Of a stretch of 64,000 nt of DNA, positions 25,401 to 37,400 are shown piece after piece. Source of the stretch: Dendrobates tinctorius (taxonomy: Eukaryota); contig NW_027361687.1 of the NCBI RefSeq assembly GCF_039654945.1, positions 66,588,001 through 66,652,000 of the forward strand, read 5' to 3'. The position numbers and the translations under genes were made by a program. Positions within the stretch are counted from its first letter, which is position 1, and the number at the start of each line of letters is the position of its first letter. Below the pieces are notes generated by a model, which was not told where the DNA came from, made no database searches, and saw only the letters and a program-made list of their open reading frames with translations.

Positions 25401-27790
25401 TCTTTGGCACGGGCACTCCCTCCTGCCCAGCCTGGTTCCAGCACGCCTGCTGTTTCCGGGTAGTGTCAACGTCACTTTGCCACCGATACGTTGTCCTGTC
25501 GTGTTGCGGTCGGGTTAGCCGAGTCTATGGTGCCTGCAGTTTCAGTGCTTCCTATGTGGGCTGCGGGTTCTGGTAATAAAGGCTGGTTCCGTAGTGCCAG
25601 TAGGACAAGCACCCCCTGTAGGACTGTGGGTTTCGGTAACTACGACCGGCTCACGGCCTTGCAACTTAGTTTTTTTCCTGGGTACCTTGTGCTACCCATC
25701 CGGGTTCCAGCACCGTCAGCTGGTTCTCTGCAGAGCCTTTGGCCTAGCTGCCTCCTTCTCGGTATCTGAGTTCCAGCAACGTCTGTTGGTCCTTGGTAGT
25801 GCTTTTTAGCACAGGTACCTCCTGCTTAGAAACAGTGTTCCAGCACCGTCAGCAGGTCCACAGTTGTCCCATTGGCGCTTGTTCCTTCTGCTGCCCCTCC
25901 GGGTTCCAGCACCGTCAGCTGGTCCTCGCTAGTGTCATTTGCTCTTGGAGCTTCTGATACCCATCTGGGTTACAGCACCGTCAGCTGGTTCTCGGCAGTG
26001 CCTTTGGCCTAGGTGCCTCCTTCTTGGTATCCGAGTTCCAGCAATGTCTGCTGGTCCTTGGTAGTGCTTTGGAGCACAGGTACCTCCTGCTTAGTAACCG
26101 TGTTCCAGCACCGTCAGCTGGTCCACGGTTGTGCCATTGGCTCTTGTTCCTTCTGCTGCCCCTCCGGGTTCCAGTACCGTCAGCTGGTTCTCGGCAGAGC
26201 CTTTGGCCTAGGTGCCTCCTTCTTGGTATCCGAGTTCCAGCAACGTCTGCTGTTCCTTGGTAGTGCTTTTTATCACAGGTACCTCCTGCTTAGAAAACGT
26301 GTTCCAGCACCGTCAGCTGGTCCACGGCTGTGCCATTGGCTCTTGTTCCTTCTGCTGCCACTCTGGATTCCAGCACCGTCAGCTGGTTCTCGGCAGTGTC
26401 TTTGGCACGGGTACTCACTCCTGCCCAGCCTGGTTCCAGCACGCCTGCTGTTTCCGGGTAGTGTCAGCGTCACTTTGCCACCAATATGTTGTCCTGTCGT
26501 GTTGCGGTCGGGTTAGCCGAGTCTATGGTGCCTTCAGTTTCGGTGCTTCCTATGTGGGCTGCGGGTTCTGGTAATAAAGGCTGGTTCCGTAATGCCAATA
26601 GGACAAGCACCCCCTGTAGGACTGTGGGTTTCGGTAACTGCGGCCGGCTCACGGCCTTGCAACTTTGTTTTTTTCCTGGGTACCTTCTACCCATCCAGGT
26701 TCCAGCACCGTCAGCTGGTTCTCGGCAGAGCCTTTGGCCTAGGTGCCTCCTTCTTGGTATCCGAGTTCCAGCAACGTCTGCTGGTCCTTTGTAGTGCATT
26801 GTAGCACAGGTACCTCCTGCTTAGTAACGGTTTTCCAGCACCGTCAGCTGGTCCACGGTTGTGCCGTTGGCTGTTGTTCCTTCTGCTGCCACTCTGGGTT
26901 CCAGCACCGTCAGCTGGTTCTCGTTAGTTCCATTGACTCTTGTAGCTAATGCTAACCATCCGGGTTCCAGCACCGTCAGCTGGTTCTCGGAAGTGTCTTT
27001 GGCACGGGCACTCCCTCCTGCCCAGCCTGGTTCCAGCACGCCTGCTGTTTCCGGGTAGTGTCAACGTCACTTTGCCACCAATACGTTGTCCTGTCATGTT
27101 GCGGTCGGGTTAGCCGAGTCTATGGTGCCTGCAGTTTTGGTGCTTCCTATGTGGGCTGCGGGTTCTGGTAATAAAGGCTGGTTCCGTAGTGCCAATAGGA
27201 CAAGCACCCCCTGTAGGACTATGGGTTTCGGAAACTGCGTCCTGCTCGCGGCCTTGCAACTTTGTTGATCATGGGTACCTCTGCTACCCATCCGGGTTCC
27301 AGCACCGTCAGCTGGTTCTCGGCAGAGCCTTTGGCCTAGGTGCCTCCTCGGTATCCGAGTTCCAGCAACGTCTGCTGGTCCTTGGTCGTGCTTTTTAGCA
27401 CAGGTACCTCCTGCTTAGAAACCGTCTTACAGCACCGTCGGCTGGTCCACGGTTGTCCCATTGGCTCTTGTTCCTTCTGCTGCCCCACCGGGTTCCAGCA
27501 CCTTTAGCTGGTCCTCGCTAGTGTCATTTGCTCTTGCAGCTTCTGCTACCCATCCGGGTTCCAGCACCATCAGCTGGTTTTCGGCAGTGCCTTTGGCCTA
27601 GGTGCCTCCTTCTTGGTATCCGAGTTCCAGCAACGTCTGCTGGTCCTTGGTAGTGCTTTGGAGCACAGGTACCTCCTGCTTAGTAACCGTGTTCCAGCAA
27701 CGTCAGCTGGTCCACGGTTGTGCCATTGGCTCTTTTTCATTCTGCTGCCCCTCCGGGTTCCAGTACCGTCAGCTGGTTCTCGGCAGTTCC
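25395..27790. repeat. Complex tandem repeat in the hAT 3' region (~60-bp subunits; ~1000 and ~600-bp higher-order periods)
   Basis: TTCCAGCACCGTCAGCTGGT recurs; GTGTCTTTGGCACGGG occurs near 25398, 26396 and 26994. Confidence 0.88.
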
Positions 27791-27869
27791 TCAGCCTTCT
27801 TGTACCTTCTGCTACTTTTCCAAGTTCAAGCTTGTGGAAATGGTTTTTGATTCTCACTCTGGATCTCCC

Positions 27870-28510
27870 TGACAATGACCCTGAAGACGACGACCCTGAA
27901 GACCACACAGAAGAATACCTAAAAGATGACCCTGAAGAAGATGACCAAGAGGACAAAGAACAGGAAGACAAGTACCAAGATGCAGAACAACAAGAGACAG
28001 AAGACCAAGAAGCATAAAAACCAAAAGCAGAAGAACATTAAGCATAAGACTCAAAATCAGAGCAAATGATATTATTTAATTTATAAGCAGAAGAAGACTA
28101 AGCAGTGTATGGGGGTGAGCCCGTTCCTCCTCGTGGTGCCCCTGGAAAAGGCCTGCTGCTGCAGGCCAAACTGAACGCGGACAAATCCTGTTGTAAATCT
28201 GTTGTCACAGGCTGAACGGAAGGTGTAATCTTCAAACTTTTATAGATTACAACTACAGGAATGCCTGACACAAATAAGAATATGATGAAGAAGAATAGGA
28301 AGAAGATGAAGAAGTAGAATATGAAGAAGAATAATAGTTGAATAAGAAGAATATGAAGAATGTAAAAAAAAAAAAAATAGGAAGAAGGTGAAGAAGATGA
28401 ATAAGGTGAAGAAGAAGTTGATGAAAAAGATGCTGCTGAGGATGATGCAGGAGAAAGTGTGGGAGAAGTAAAAAAGGTGAAGAGCATAGAAGTAGTGAAA
28501 CATACATATC
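27870..28510. repeat. Purine-rich GAA/GAC low-complexity tract near the hAT 3' end
   Basis: GAAGA-type repeats; acidic D/E translation. Confidence 0.75.
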
Positions 28511-29270
28511 TGACAAAATATAAAAGAGGTGAACATAGTAAATATCTTTGTAACTCCAAACGTCTTTAAAAAAAAAAATTAATTCCTGCTATTCCATTTG
28601 ATTGGGCTAAACCTCTATGGCTTTAATGTCTCCTACACCTCCCACAATACATTCTACATTATTATTAGTTGTGTTTCTTCATGTAGAATTAACCTACAGG
28701 GAAAGAAAGGGTTTTTTTTAATTCCGATATTTCAGTTCCATTGACTTGAATGGGACTTCCGGGATCGGAATCGGCGATACCCGATACTTTTTTTAGATCG
28801 GCCGATCCATTCCAATATGATATTTTTCAGTATCGGGTGGTATCGCTCAACACTATTGGCAACATGACAGCGATGCAGTAAATCCAACAATGCAGGCGTA
28901 ATACATCACAAGTAAACAATACAGTGTTCAGAGGACCGTACCGGTCTCAAGAATGGTTATGAAAAAGCTGAAGATTGACCAAGTCTTCAGGAATGTAAAC
29001 ACCCACTCCGCCGTCAGAACATCGTTACCATGAAGATCGATCAATTCTTGCTTATTAACACATAAACGTACATTAGGAACAGAACTGGTGCCCCGATGTT
29101 CAATAATAAACCTTCTGATGAAACAATTGACTTAGTAGGAACCAAATCAGGGCCTAAAGGGTGAAAAAACCACAGGAGTGTACCAATAGAACAGATGGGG
29201 GGCTGGTAGGGAGTCGAGGGGCGGGGAAGGTTGGTGGGAGGTCCGTAGACACACTGCTCAAGTCTAAGAT

Positions 29271-32200
29271 TCAAGATGTAGGGTCAGGCATAATCATAGA
29301 AATGAATTTTTCTTTTTTCCTGTACGACACCCAAGGAGTCCAGACATGCGAGAAGGCAGAAAAGCTATGTGTAGAAAGTCCTACCAATTCTTCAGAAAGA
29401 TACAGTTGGTCAATTTTAGCTAATAACTGGCTCAAGCTTGGAATATTAGACGTATGCCAAAATGTAGGTAGGAGGAGCTTGCCAGCTGTAAGTATGAAGG
29501 AGGCCAGTTTAGATATGGCTTTATTATATGGAACAATTGGAAGATTGAGGAAAACATGTTCCGGTGTGAATTTTATATGGGTACGTACTACCTCATTCAA
29601 AACCTGGGAAACCGTGTTCCAAGATTTTTGTATGGAGTGACAGGACCACCAGATATGTAGATATGACCCTCTGTCCTTCTCGCATCTCCAACACAAGTCC
29701 GACAAGGTGGGAAGCCATTTGTGCAACATGAGGGGTGTTGTATACCAGTGAGTCAATATTTTATAGCTATTTTCTTGAGCTCTCACACAGTGTGAAGGGC
29801 CATATGAAAATTTATATATTAGGTCAGTTTGGAAGTCAGAAAAAGAGTGACCTAACTCCCCTTCCCATCTCCGCACAAAGGCTCTTCTTTGAGAAACTTG
29901 CTGTACAAGCAACATATTATAGAGGGCGGAGAGCACTTTTTTCGGGGTTTTTGTTTGGGAGCACAGTGTTTCAAAAGTGGTTAAAGGTCGTGTACTGTCG
30001 CCATTTATCATGGCTTGGCGTAGCGACTTTCTTAGAGATTCATAATGTAAGAAGGTATAATTAGACTTTGTGGGTAGTGCTTTCATATCTTGAAAGGGTA
30101 TAATAGTCCCCTCTTTATATAACTGATCCAATAGAGGTGATTTATCTGTTGATGAAGGTTTCATCAATCCCGCTGCCATGACATCCGAAACCTTAGCAAG
30201 CGGCGAGGGGGTCGGCGCTAAATAAAATACTACTGACTTCCAGTATTTAATCGCCGCCCTAGTAAGGAGATTCGGGAAGGTAATTTTAGGCGTCGCTGCA
30301 GGAGAGAGGATAACAGAGTGCAGTTGAGTCGGAGCCATCTGCTCTTCAATATTGAGCCAGGGTTTCTCTCCAGTCTTCCTGACCCATTCGACAGTCCTTG
30401 GTAGGACAGTAGCCAAATAGTAAGTGTGGATATTAGGGGCTCCCATGCCACCTTTCCCTCTGGGCAATGAGAGTGTATGTGAGTGTATGTGAGTTAAGTC
30501 TCGGCCTATGTTTATTCCAAATATACTTAAAGATAGAACAATTGATCTGGGCTAGGAACGACCTAGGCAAATCTATAGGCAGCATCTGAAATAGATAGAT
30601 TAATTTAGGCATGAGGATGCTCTTGATCAGGTTTTTTCTGCCCATCCAAGATAGGTACGGGCCCTTCATCTTTTAGTCTGGTCTGCAACTAAACTAAGAA
30701 GCGGTTTATAATTTAAATTGAATAAGTCTTTAAAGGATGGACTAATTTTAATACCCAGATACTTTAAATAATTGCCTGGCTAGTGGAAGGGGAATTGTGA
30801 CTTAAAATCATTTATAGTGCTAGCAGGTATATGTATGCCCAGTGCTTCAGATTTAGATGGGTTAATTTTGAAATTAGAGAGCCATAGAGCCATATCTCTC
30901 TAGAATCCGCATAAGGGCTGGTATGCCTCTGTGGGGACAAGTCATAGTGACTAATAAATCGTCAACAAAGGTCATTGTTTTATGCGTTAAACCCCGTATG
31001 GACACCCCCTCTATGTCTTTGCATAAATTTATAGCTTTGGTAAGCGGCTCCATCACCATTATGAATAATAACGGCGAGAGAGGGCGTCCCTGCCTTGTTC
31101 CATTATGAATCTCAAATGAGTTGGTAAGGGAGTTAAGTTTAATTCTTGCTGTGGGATGAGAATACATTTGCAATATTGCCGCTACCAGCAGAGGGGGAAA
31201 ATTAAAGCTAAGGAGGGTTTCCTGCAAGAAGGTCCAATCCACTCTGTCGAATGCTTTTTCCGCGTCTGTGCCTAGTAGCACCAAGGGTATCCTATGGAAA
31301 TTAGAATATTGCATCAAATGTAGAATTCTCCATTTTCCTTGCCCTCTCTATCTCTAATGAAGCCGGTCTGATCTGGGGAGATCAGTTTAGGTAAATACTC
31401 TGCAATGTGCCTCGCGAGCATACTGGCATAGATTTTTAGATCCACATTCAGTAAGGAAATGGGTCTGTAGTTACTACAAAGTTCTGGGTCCTTGCCTTCC
31501 TTGTAGATTAGAGAAATATGATCTTCCAAGGATTGGGGAGGGAAGGAGTTACCTTGAAGTATTTCATTACAAAGATTAAGTAAGTGAGGTTCTAGGGCCT
31601 CAGAAAAGGTTTTATAATAGATAGCAGGAAATCCGAGGGGGGGGGCATTCCCTGAGGGACTGTTCGAAAGAGTGGATCGGACCTCCCCCCGGGTGAAGGG
31701 CCTAGTGAGGAATTTTTGTTCTTCTGATGTAAGTTTGGCGAGATTAAGGCTAGCTAAAAAGGACTGGATTTCTGCTTGTTTTCGTAACTTGTCCGCGTCA
31801 GATTCATCAGGTTTCAAATTGTAAAGGCTTGAATAATATTTTAAGAATTCCTGTGAAATTTGGCCAATGTCAGATGTTTTACTGCCACTGGAGGTTTTCA
31901 GGGAGTAAATAAAAGTCTTAGCTTGTCTAACTTTGATTAATGAAATCATAAGTCTAGAGGCCTTATCGCCATGTACATACATACGATTTCTCCAACTAAT
32001 GTACTGCTTTGCGGACTGCTTATTAAGCAGATCCTTTAGTTGTAAGTGCTTGGCTGTCAGTGCCTCCAGATTCTGATGCAGTAAGGTTCTTTTATGTTGT
32101 TTTTCTAAATTAACTATCTCTTCATAAAGATCTTGTATTGCCTTTTTGCGCTGTTTGTTGAGGTGAGAAGCTATAGAAATTAGTTCCCCTCTTACCACTG

Positions 32201-32641
32201 CTTTGTGAGCCTCCCATATCATTGGAAAGCTCACCTCTAGAGAAACATTATTCTTAAAATAATCTGTTAGAATGTTTCTGATTCGTTGTTTGTTAGTGTC
32301 TGAGGTTAGAATTGAATCATTTAGCCTCCATGAGCGATACCCGGAATGGGGTTTTGAAGTTGAAAACCGTACTGCAACTATCGAGTGGTCCGAGTGTACT
32401 GAGGGAAGAATTTCTGCTTTAAATACCAGTAGGCCTTTTATAAAAATATATCTCCCCTCTGGGTCAACCAGTGAGTCAGATTGTAAAATAAAGTATTCTT
32501 GTCAAATGCAATTGACACCCCTCTAGAACTCTTCTGGGGGGAAGTTGCGTGGTACCACTGGTTGTAATATGAATTATCAAAAGAGGGAAGTTTCTCAATT
32601 TGAAAGTGCGTTTCTTGTAGAAGAAGAATATTAAATGACAT
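29271..32641 (-). pseudogene. L1 ORF2 (APE endonuclease, RT, C-terminal zinc knuckle), multiply frameshifted
   Basis: LLQETH, WEAHKAVVRG, NYRPISLLNVDLKI, DAEKAFDRVDW, GTRQGRPLSP, FVDD, CWRC...HIWWSC. Confidence 0.93.
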
Positions 32642-33279
32642 CTCGGGGAGGGTCTCCCATTTTGGGTCTTGGTTTTAACGACCTATTTGCCCTTACTATC
32701 TCAAATTGTGAGGGGTCGTCTTGAGACAGAAGTTTAGAAAATATCTCAATCAAGGTTGCGGACAGCGCTTCAGCCGCTACTGATTCAGGGATGCCCTATA
32801 TCCGCAAGTTATTCCTATATCCGCAAGTTATTCCTTTCTCTATTTTCATGATCCTCAAGGATAGAATATATTTGGTTGATATGTTCTCCTTGGCTCTGTG
32901 AGCAAGCTATAGCCTCATTGGTTTGCTGGATTATGGTAGAATTGGATGCCTCGAGTGTGTCCACCCCATGGCCTATTTGTGAGATTTCTTGATTAATGGC
33001 AGATAAGTCTTTGACCACCAGTTCAAGAGATTTAGTAAGTATCCTCTTTATGAAGGATCTAGAGACAGGTTGGTCTCCCATGCTACCATTGTCCTCCATA
33101 TCGCTTACTATATCTGATTCAGAGTCGCCTTGAGAGTGCTGATCCATGGGCACTAGAGGTTTGGATTTAGTCGCGGTGGATTTCGTTTGTTTTTTATTAA
33201 GGAATTTATTCATATCTACTTGAGTTAGAGAAACTTTAGATCCAGAAGAAACTGATGTAGATCTACCAATCTTGACCAT
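32640..33279 (-). pseudogene. L1 ORF1 N-terminal half (coiled coil and start of RRM)
   Basis: EDHENRERNNLRI, GIPES, ending at PPRDVI. A 19-bp tandem duplication at about 32797-32834 shifts the frame. Confidence 0.85.
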
Positions 33280-34452
33280 CTTTAGACGTTGAAATTCAGC
33301 GATATCGGGTAGCTACTTTAGCTTCATTCACATTCCCCCCGTATAAATTTTCATGAAGGTAGTCACATTTTTAAAGGATGCGCAAGTAGTTAGGTTCGTC
33401 CTTTATTTTGAGACAGATGGATGCTAATCTTCAAAGTGACAACTTGGTGTCACTATTATCTCAGCAATGAGTCTTATTCTAAAGAGAGTGTCCTGAATCT
33501 TTATTTCTGCTTTCCTGGGACCTCTAGTCTGAGAAGAAAAACACTCAGAGGAAAAAACGAGGGTTAACTCTTCAGGACATACAGTGTCCCCTTTCTTCCC
33601 CAATCTCCTTTGCCTTTATGGCCTCTCCTGTTTCTCTCCCTTCCTTCCTTCCCCTTCTCCCCTCCTTCAGACCCAGACCCTGTTTTTTGATGTCTTCAGT
33701 GAATTATATTTTTATTGTATATTTTCTCTCCCTCCTTCCCGTCTCCCCCTCTCTTCAGCCACAACTCTGGGTGCGATTTTATCTCAGCCGGTTTGTGCTG
33801 TGTTCCCAGCTTCAGCCCCCAGCGTTGCCTCTCCCTGCAATATGGTGCTGGCCAGGGGCTGGAAAGAGTCCAGAATGTCACCAACGTCCCCGGGTCTCTC
33901 TCGGGTAGCTTCAGATGCCGGTGACAGGCAGGCCTGCAGCCAGGGAAGTCAGGAGCAGGAGAAGAATTCACTCCCCAGCAGAGGTATGTAAAGAGTGCTG
34001 CCAGCCAGTGGCTGTCAGCACATGTGAGGAGGCGGGGGAGGGGTGCAATGTGACAGAGTCAGGCTGCAGAGTCTCCTGTTCACTGCTCCAGTGCCCGGGT
34101 CTCACAACTAGTGAGGGGAAAGTGCGGCCACTGAACAGGGATGGGGAGGGGAGGGAAAGTGTCCAACAGTCTCCTCAAACGGTACCTCTGTGACTCTGAA
34201 TGTCTTTCCTCCACAGCAGCTCACTGTATGAAGATGTCGTCTGTCCTCTTTTCACTGGCACCTGGGACTTGGCCAGCTCTCAGATCTGGGCAGCTGCTTT
34301 TCCCTCTTGTACAGTTTTAAGCTTCTGGAGGAGCAGGATGGGTTCCGGACACTATTGGTGTTCAATTTATAGCCAAGGGGTCACTTCCCTCTTTATAATC
34401 CTTTAGCTTCAGCAGGAGCACCTGATAGACATGTCTTGTCTCAAGCTCAGCC

Positions 34453-37400
34453 GGCGCCTCGGTGGTAAGCAAAACTGCCAAGTATTGGGCCCTTCTGGCG
34501 GGCCAGTGGGAGATGGTGAGCTCCGGTAACACGCCAACAGGAAATGGTGTGTTCCGGTGGCACGCCAATGGCCAAAGAGTGCACCTTGGAGGCAGGATAA
34601 AAAGTCCAAGATGGGTACCACAGTGGTACGTAAAAAGTGCATGCCCCGGTGGCAGAATAAAAACCCCAAGATTGGTGCCCCGGTGGTAGGCAAACAGGCT
34701 AGAGAGAACCCCGGTGTCAGGCTGAAAAGCCCAAGATGGGCAGCTCCAGTGGTAAGCAAAAATGCCAAGCATTGGGACCTTCTGGCGTGTGAACGGGACA
34801 TAGTAGCTCCGGTAGCATGCCAACGGGAAAGAGTGTGCTCTGGTGGCACAACTGGAAAAGGGTGTGCTCCCGTGGCATGCCAACAGGAAAAGGCTGTGCT
34901 CCACTGACACGCCAACGGGAAAAGGATGTGCTCCGGTGGCACGCCAATGGGAAAAGGGTGTGGTCCGGTGGCACGCCAGTGGGGAAAGGATGTGCTTCGG
35001 AGGCACGTCAACGGGAAAAGGATGTGCTCTGGTGGGACGCCAATGCGGAAAGGATGTGCTTCGGTGGCACGTCAACAGAAAAAGGATGTGCTCCGGTGGC
35101 ACCCCAACGAAAAAGATGCGCTCCGGTGGCACGCCAACGGGAAAAGGGTGTGCTCGGTGGCACACCAACGGGTAAAGGGTGTGCTCTGGTGGCACACCAA
35201 TGGGAAAAGGGTGTGCTCTGGTGGCACGCCAATGGAGAAAGGATGTGCTTCGGTGGCATACCAATGGGTAAAGTGTGTGCTCCGGTGGCACGCCAATGGA
35301 AAAAGGGTGTGCTTCGATGGGGAAAGGATGTGCTTCATTGGCACACCAGCGGGTAAAGGGTGTACTCCGGTGGCACGACAATGGCAAAAGGGTGTAGCCG
35401 GTGGCACGCCAACGGGGAAAGGATGTGCCCCGATGGAAGGTAAAAATTGCACTCCGGTACTAAGCCAAAAAATGCACCCTGGTAGCAAGTTAAAAAGTCC
35501 AAGATGAGTTCACGGGTGGAGGCCAAACAGCACGCCCCAGTGGCAGAATAATAAGCCAATGGGTGGCCTGGTGGTAAGCAAATAGGCCAGAGAGCACCCC
35601 GGTATCAGGCTGAAAAGTCCAAAATGGGCGCCTCAGTGGTAAGCAAAACTGCCAAGTATTGGGCCCTTCTGGTGGGCCAATGGGAGATGGTGTGCTCCGG
35701 TAGCGCGCCAACAGGAAAGGGTGTGTTTTGGTGGCACGCCAATGGCCAAAGTGTGCACCTTGGAGGCAGGATTAAAAGTCCAAGATGGGTACCCCAGTGG
35801 TACGTAAAAAGTGCACTCCCCGGTGGCAGAATAAAATGCCCAAGATTTATGACCCGCTGGTAAGCAAACAGGTCAGAGAGCACCCCGGTGTCAGGCTGAA
35901 AAGCCCAACATGGGCGGCTGTGGTGGTAAGCAAAAATGCCAAGTATTAGGCCCTTCTGGCAGGCCAACGAGACATGGTGTGCTCCGGTAGCACTCCAAAG
36001 GGAAAGAGTGCTCTGGTGGCACAACTGGAAAAGGGTGCGCTCCGGTGGCACGCCAACGGGAAAAGGGTGTGCTCCAGTGGCACGCCAACGGGTAAAGGGT
36101 ATGCTCCGGTGGCACGCCAACGGGAAAAGGGTGTGCTCCGGTGGCACGCCAGTGGTGAAAGGATGTGCTTCGGTGGCACATCAACGGGAAAAGGATGTGC
36201 TTCGGTGGCACGCCAATGGGGAAAGGATGTGCTTCAGTATCATGTCAGCGGGAAATAGATGTGCTCCGGTGGCACGCCAATGGGAAAAGGGTGTGTTCCG
36301 GTGGCACACCAATGACCAAAGAGTGCACCTTGGAGGCAGGATGAAAAGTCCAAGATGGGTACCCCATTGGTATGTAAAAAGTGCATGCCCCGGTGGCAAA
36401 ATCCCAAGATTGGTGCCCCGGTGGTAGGCAAACAAGCCAGAGAGCACCCCAGTGTCAAGCTGAAAAGCCAAAGATGGGCTGCTCCGGTGGTAAGCAAAAA
36501 TGCCAAGTATTGGGCCCTTCTGGCGTGCCAACGGGACATGGTGTGCTCCGGTAGCACGCCAACGGGAAAGAGTGCTCTGGTGGCACAACTGGAAAAGGGT
36601 GAGCTCCGGTGGCACACCAACGGATACAGGGTGTGCTCCAGTGGCACACCAATGGGAAAAGGGTGTGCTCCGGTGGCACGCCAGTGGTGAAAGGATGTGC
36701 TTCGGTGGCACGCCAACGGGGAAAGGATGTGCTTCGGTATCACGTCAGCGGGAAATGGATGTGCTCCGGTGGCACGCCAACAGGAAAAGGGTGTGCTCCG
36801 GTGGTACGCCAAAGGGAAAAGGGTGTGCTCCCGTGGCACGCCAACGGGGAAAAGATGTGCTTCAGTGGCACATCAACGGGAAAAGTATGTGGTCCGGTGG
36901 CACGGCAACGGGAAAAGGGTGCGGTCCGGTGGCACGCCAAAGGGAAAAGGTTGTGCTCCGGTGGCACGCCAATGGAGAGGATGTGCTTCGGTGGCACTTC
37001 AACGGGAAAAGGATGTGCTCTGGTGGCACGCCAAAGGGAAAAGGGTGTGGTCCGGCAGCACGCCAACGGGGAAAAGATGTGCTTCGGTGGTACGTCAATG
37101 GGAAAAGGATGTGGTCTGGTGGCACACCAACGGGGAAAGGATGTGCTTCGTTGCATGCCAACGGGAAATGGGTGTGGTCCGGCAGCACGCCAATGGGGAA
37201 AAGATGTGCTTCGGTGGTACGTCAATGGGAAAAGGATGTGGTCTGGTGGCACGCCAATGGGGAAAGGATGTGCTTCGGTATCATGTCAGCGGGAAATAGA
37301 TGTGCTCCGGTGGCACGCCAACGGGAAAAGGGTGTGCTCCGGTGGCACGCCAACGGGGAAAGGGTGTGGTCCGGTGGCACACCAACGGGAAAAGGGTGTG

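Larger units (their letters stand above)
15025..28855 (+). mobile_element. hAT DNA transposon, 13.8 kb including nested insertions
   Basis: 8-bp TSD TTGGCAAC at 15017-15024 and 28856-28863. Termini TAGTGT...ACACTA. Subterminal ATCGG/CCGATAC motifs at both ends. Transposase remnant inside. Confidence 0.92.
14985..34452 (-). mobile_element. L1-clade LINE, apparently reaching its 5' end, decayed; interrupted near its 3' end by a hAT element
   Basis: 14-bp TSD GGCGCCTC(A/G)GTGGT at 14971-14984 and 34453-34466. Minus-strand AATAAA and a short A tail at about 14985-15008. ORF1 and ORF2 remnants at 29271-33279. Confidence 0.88.

Noticed and set aside
27613-28559. Acidic ORF and Phe/Ser-rich antisense ORFs as proteins
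   Set aside because: Translations of tandem and GAA low-complexity DNA.
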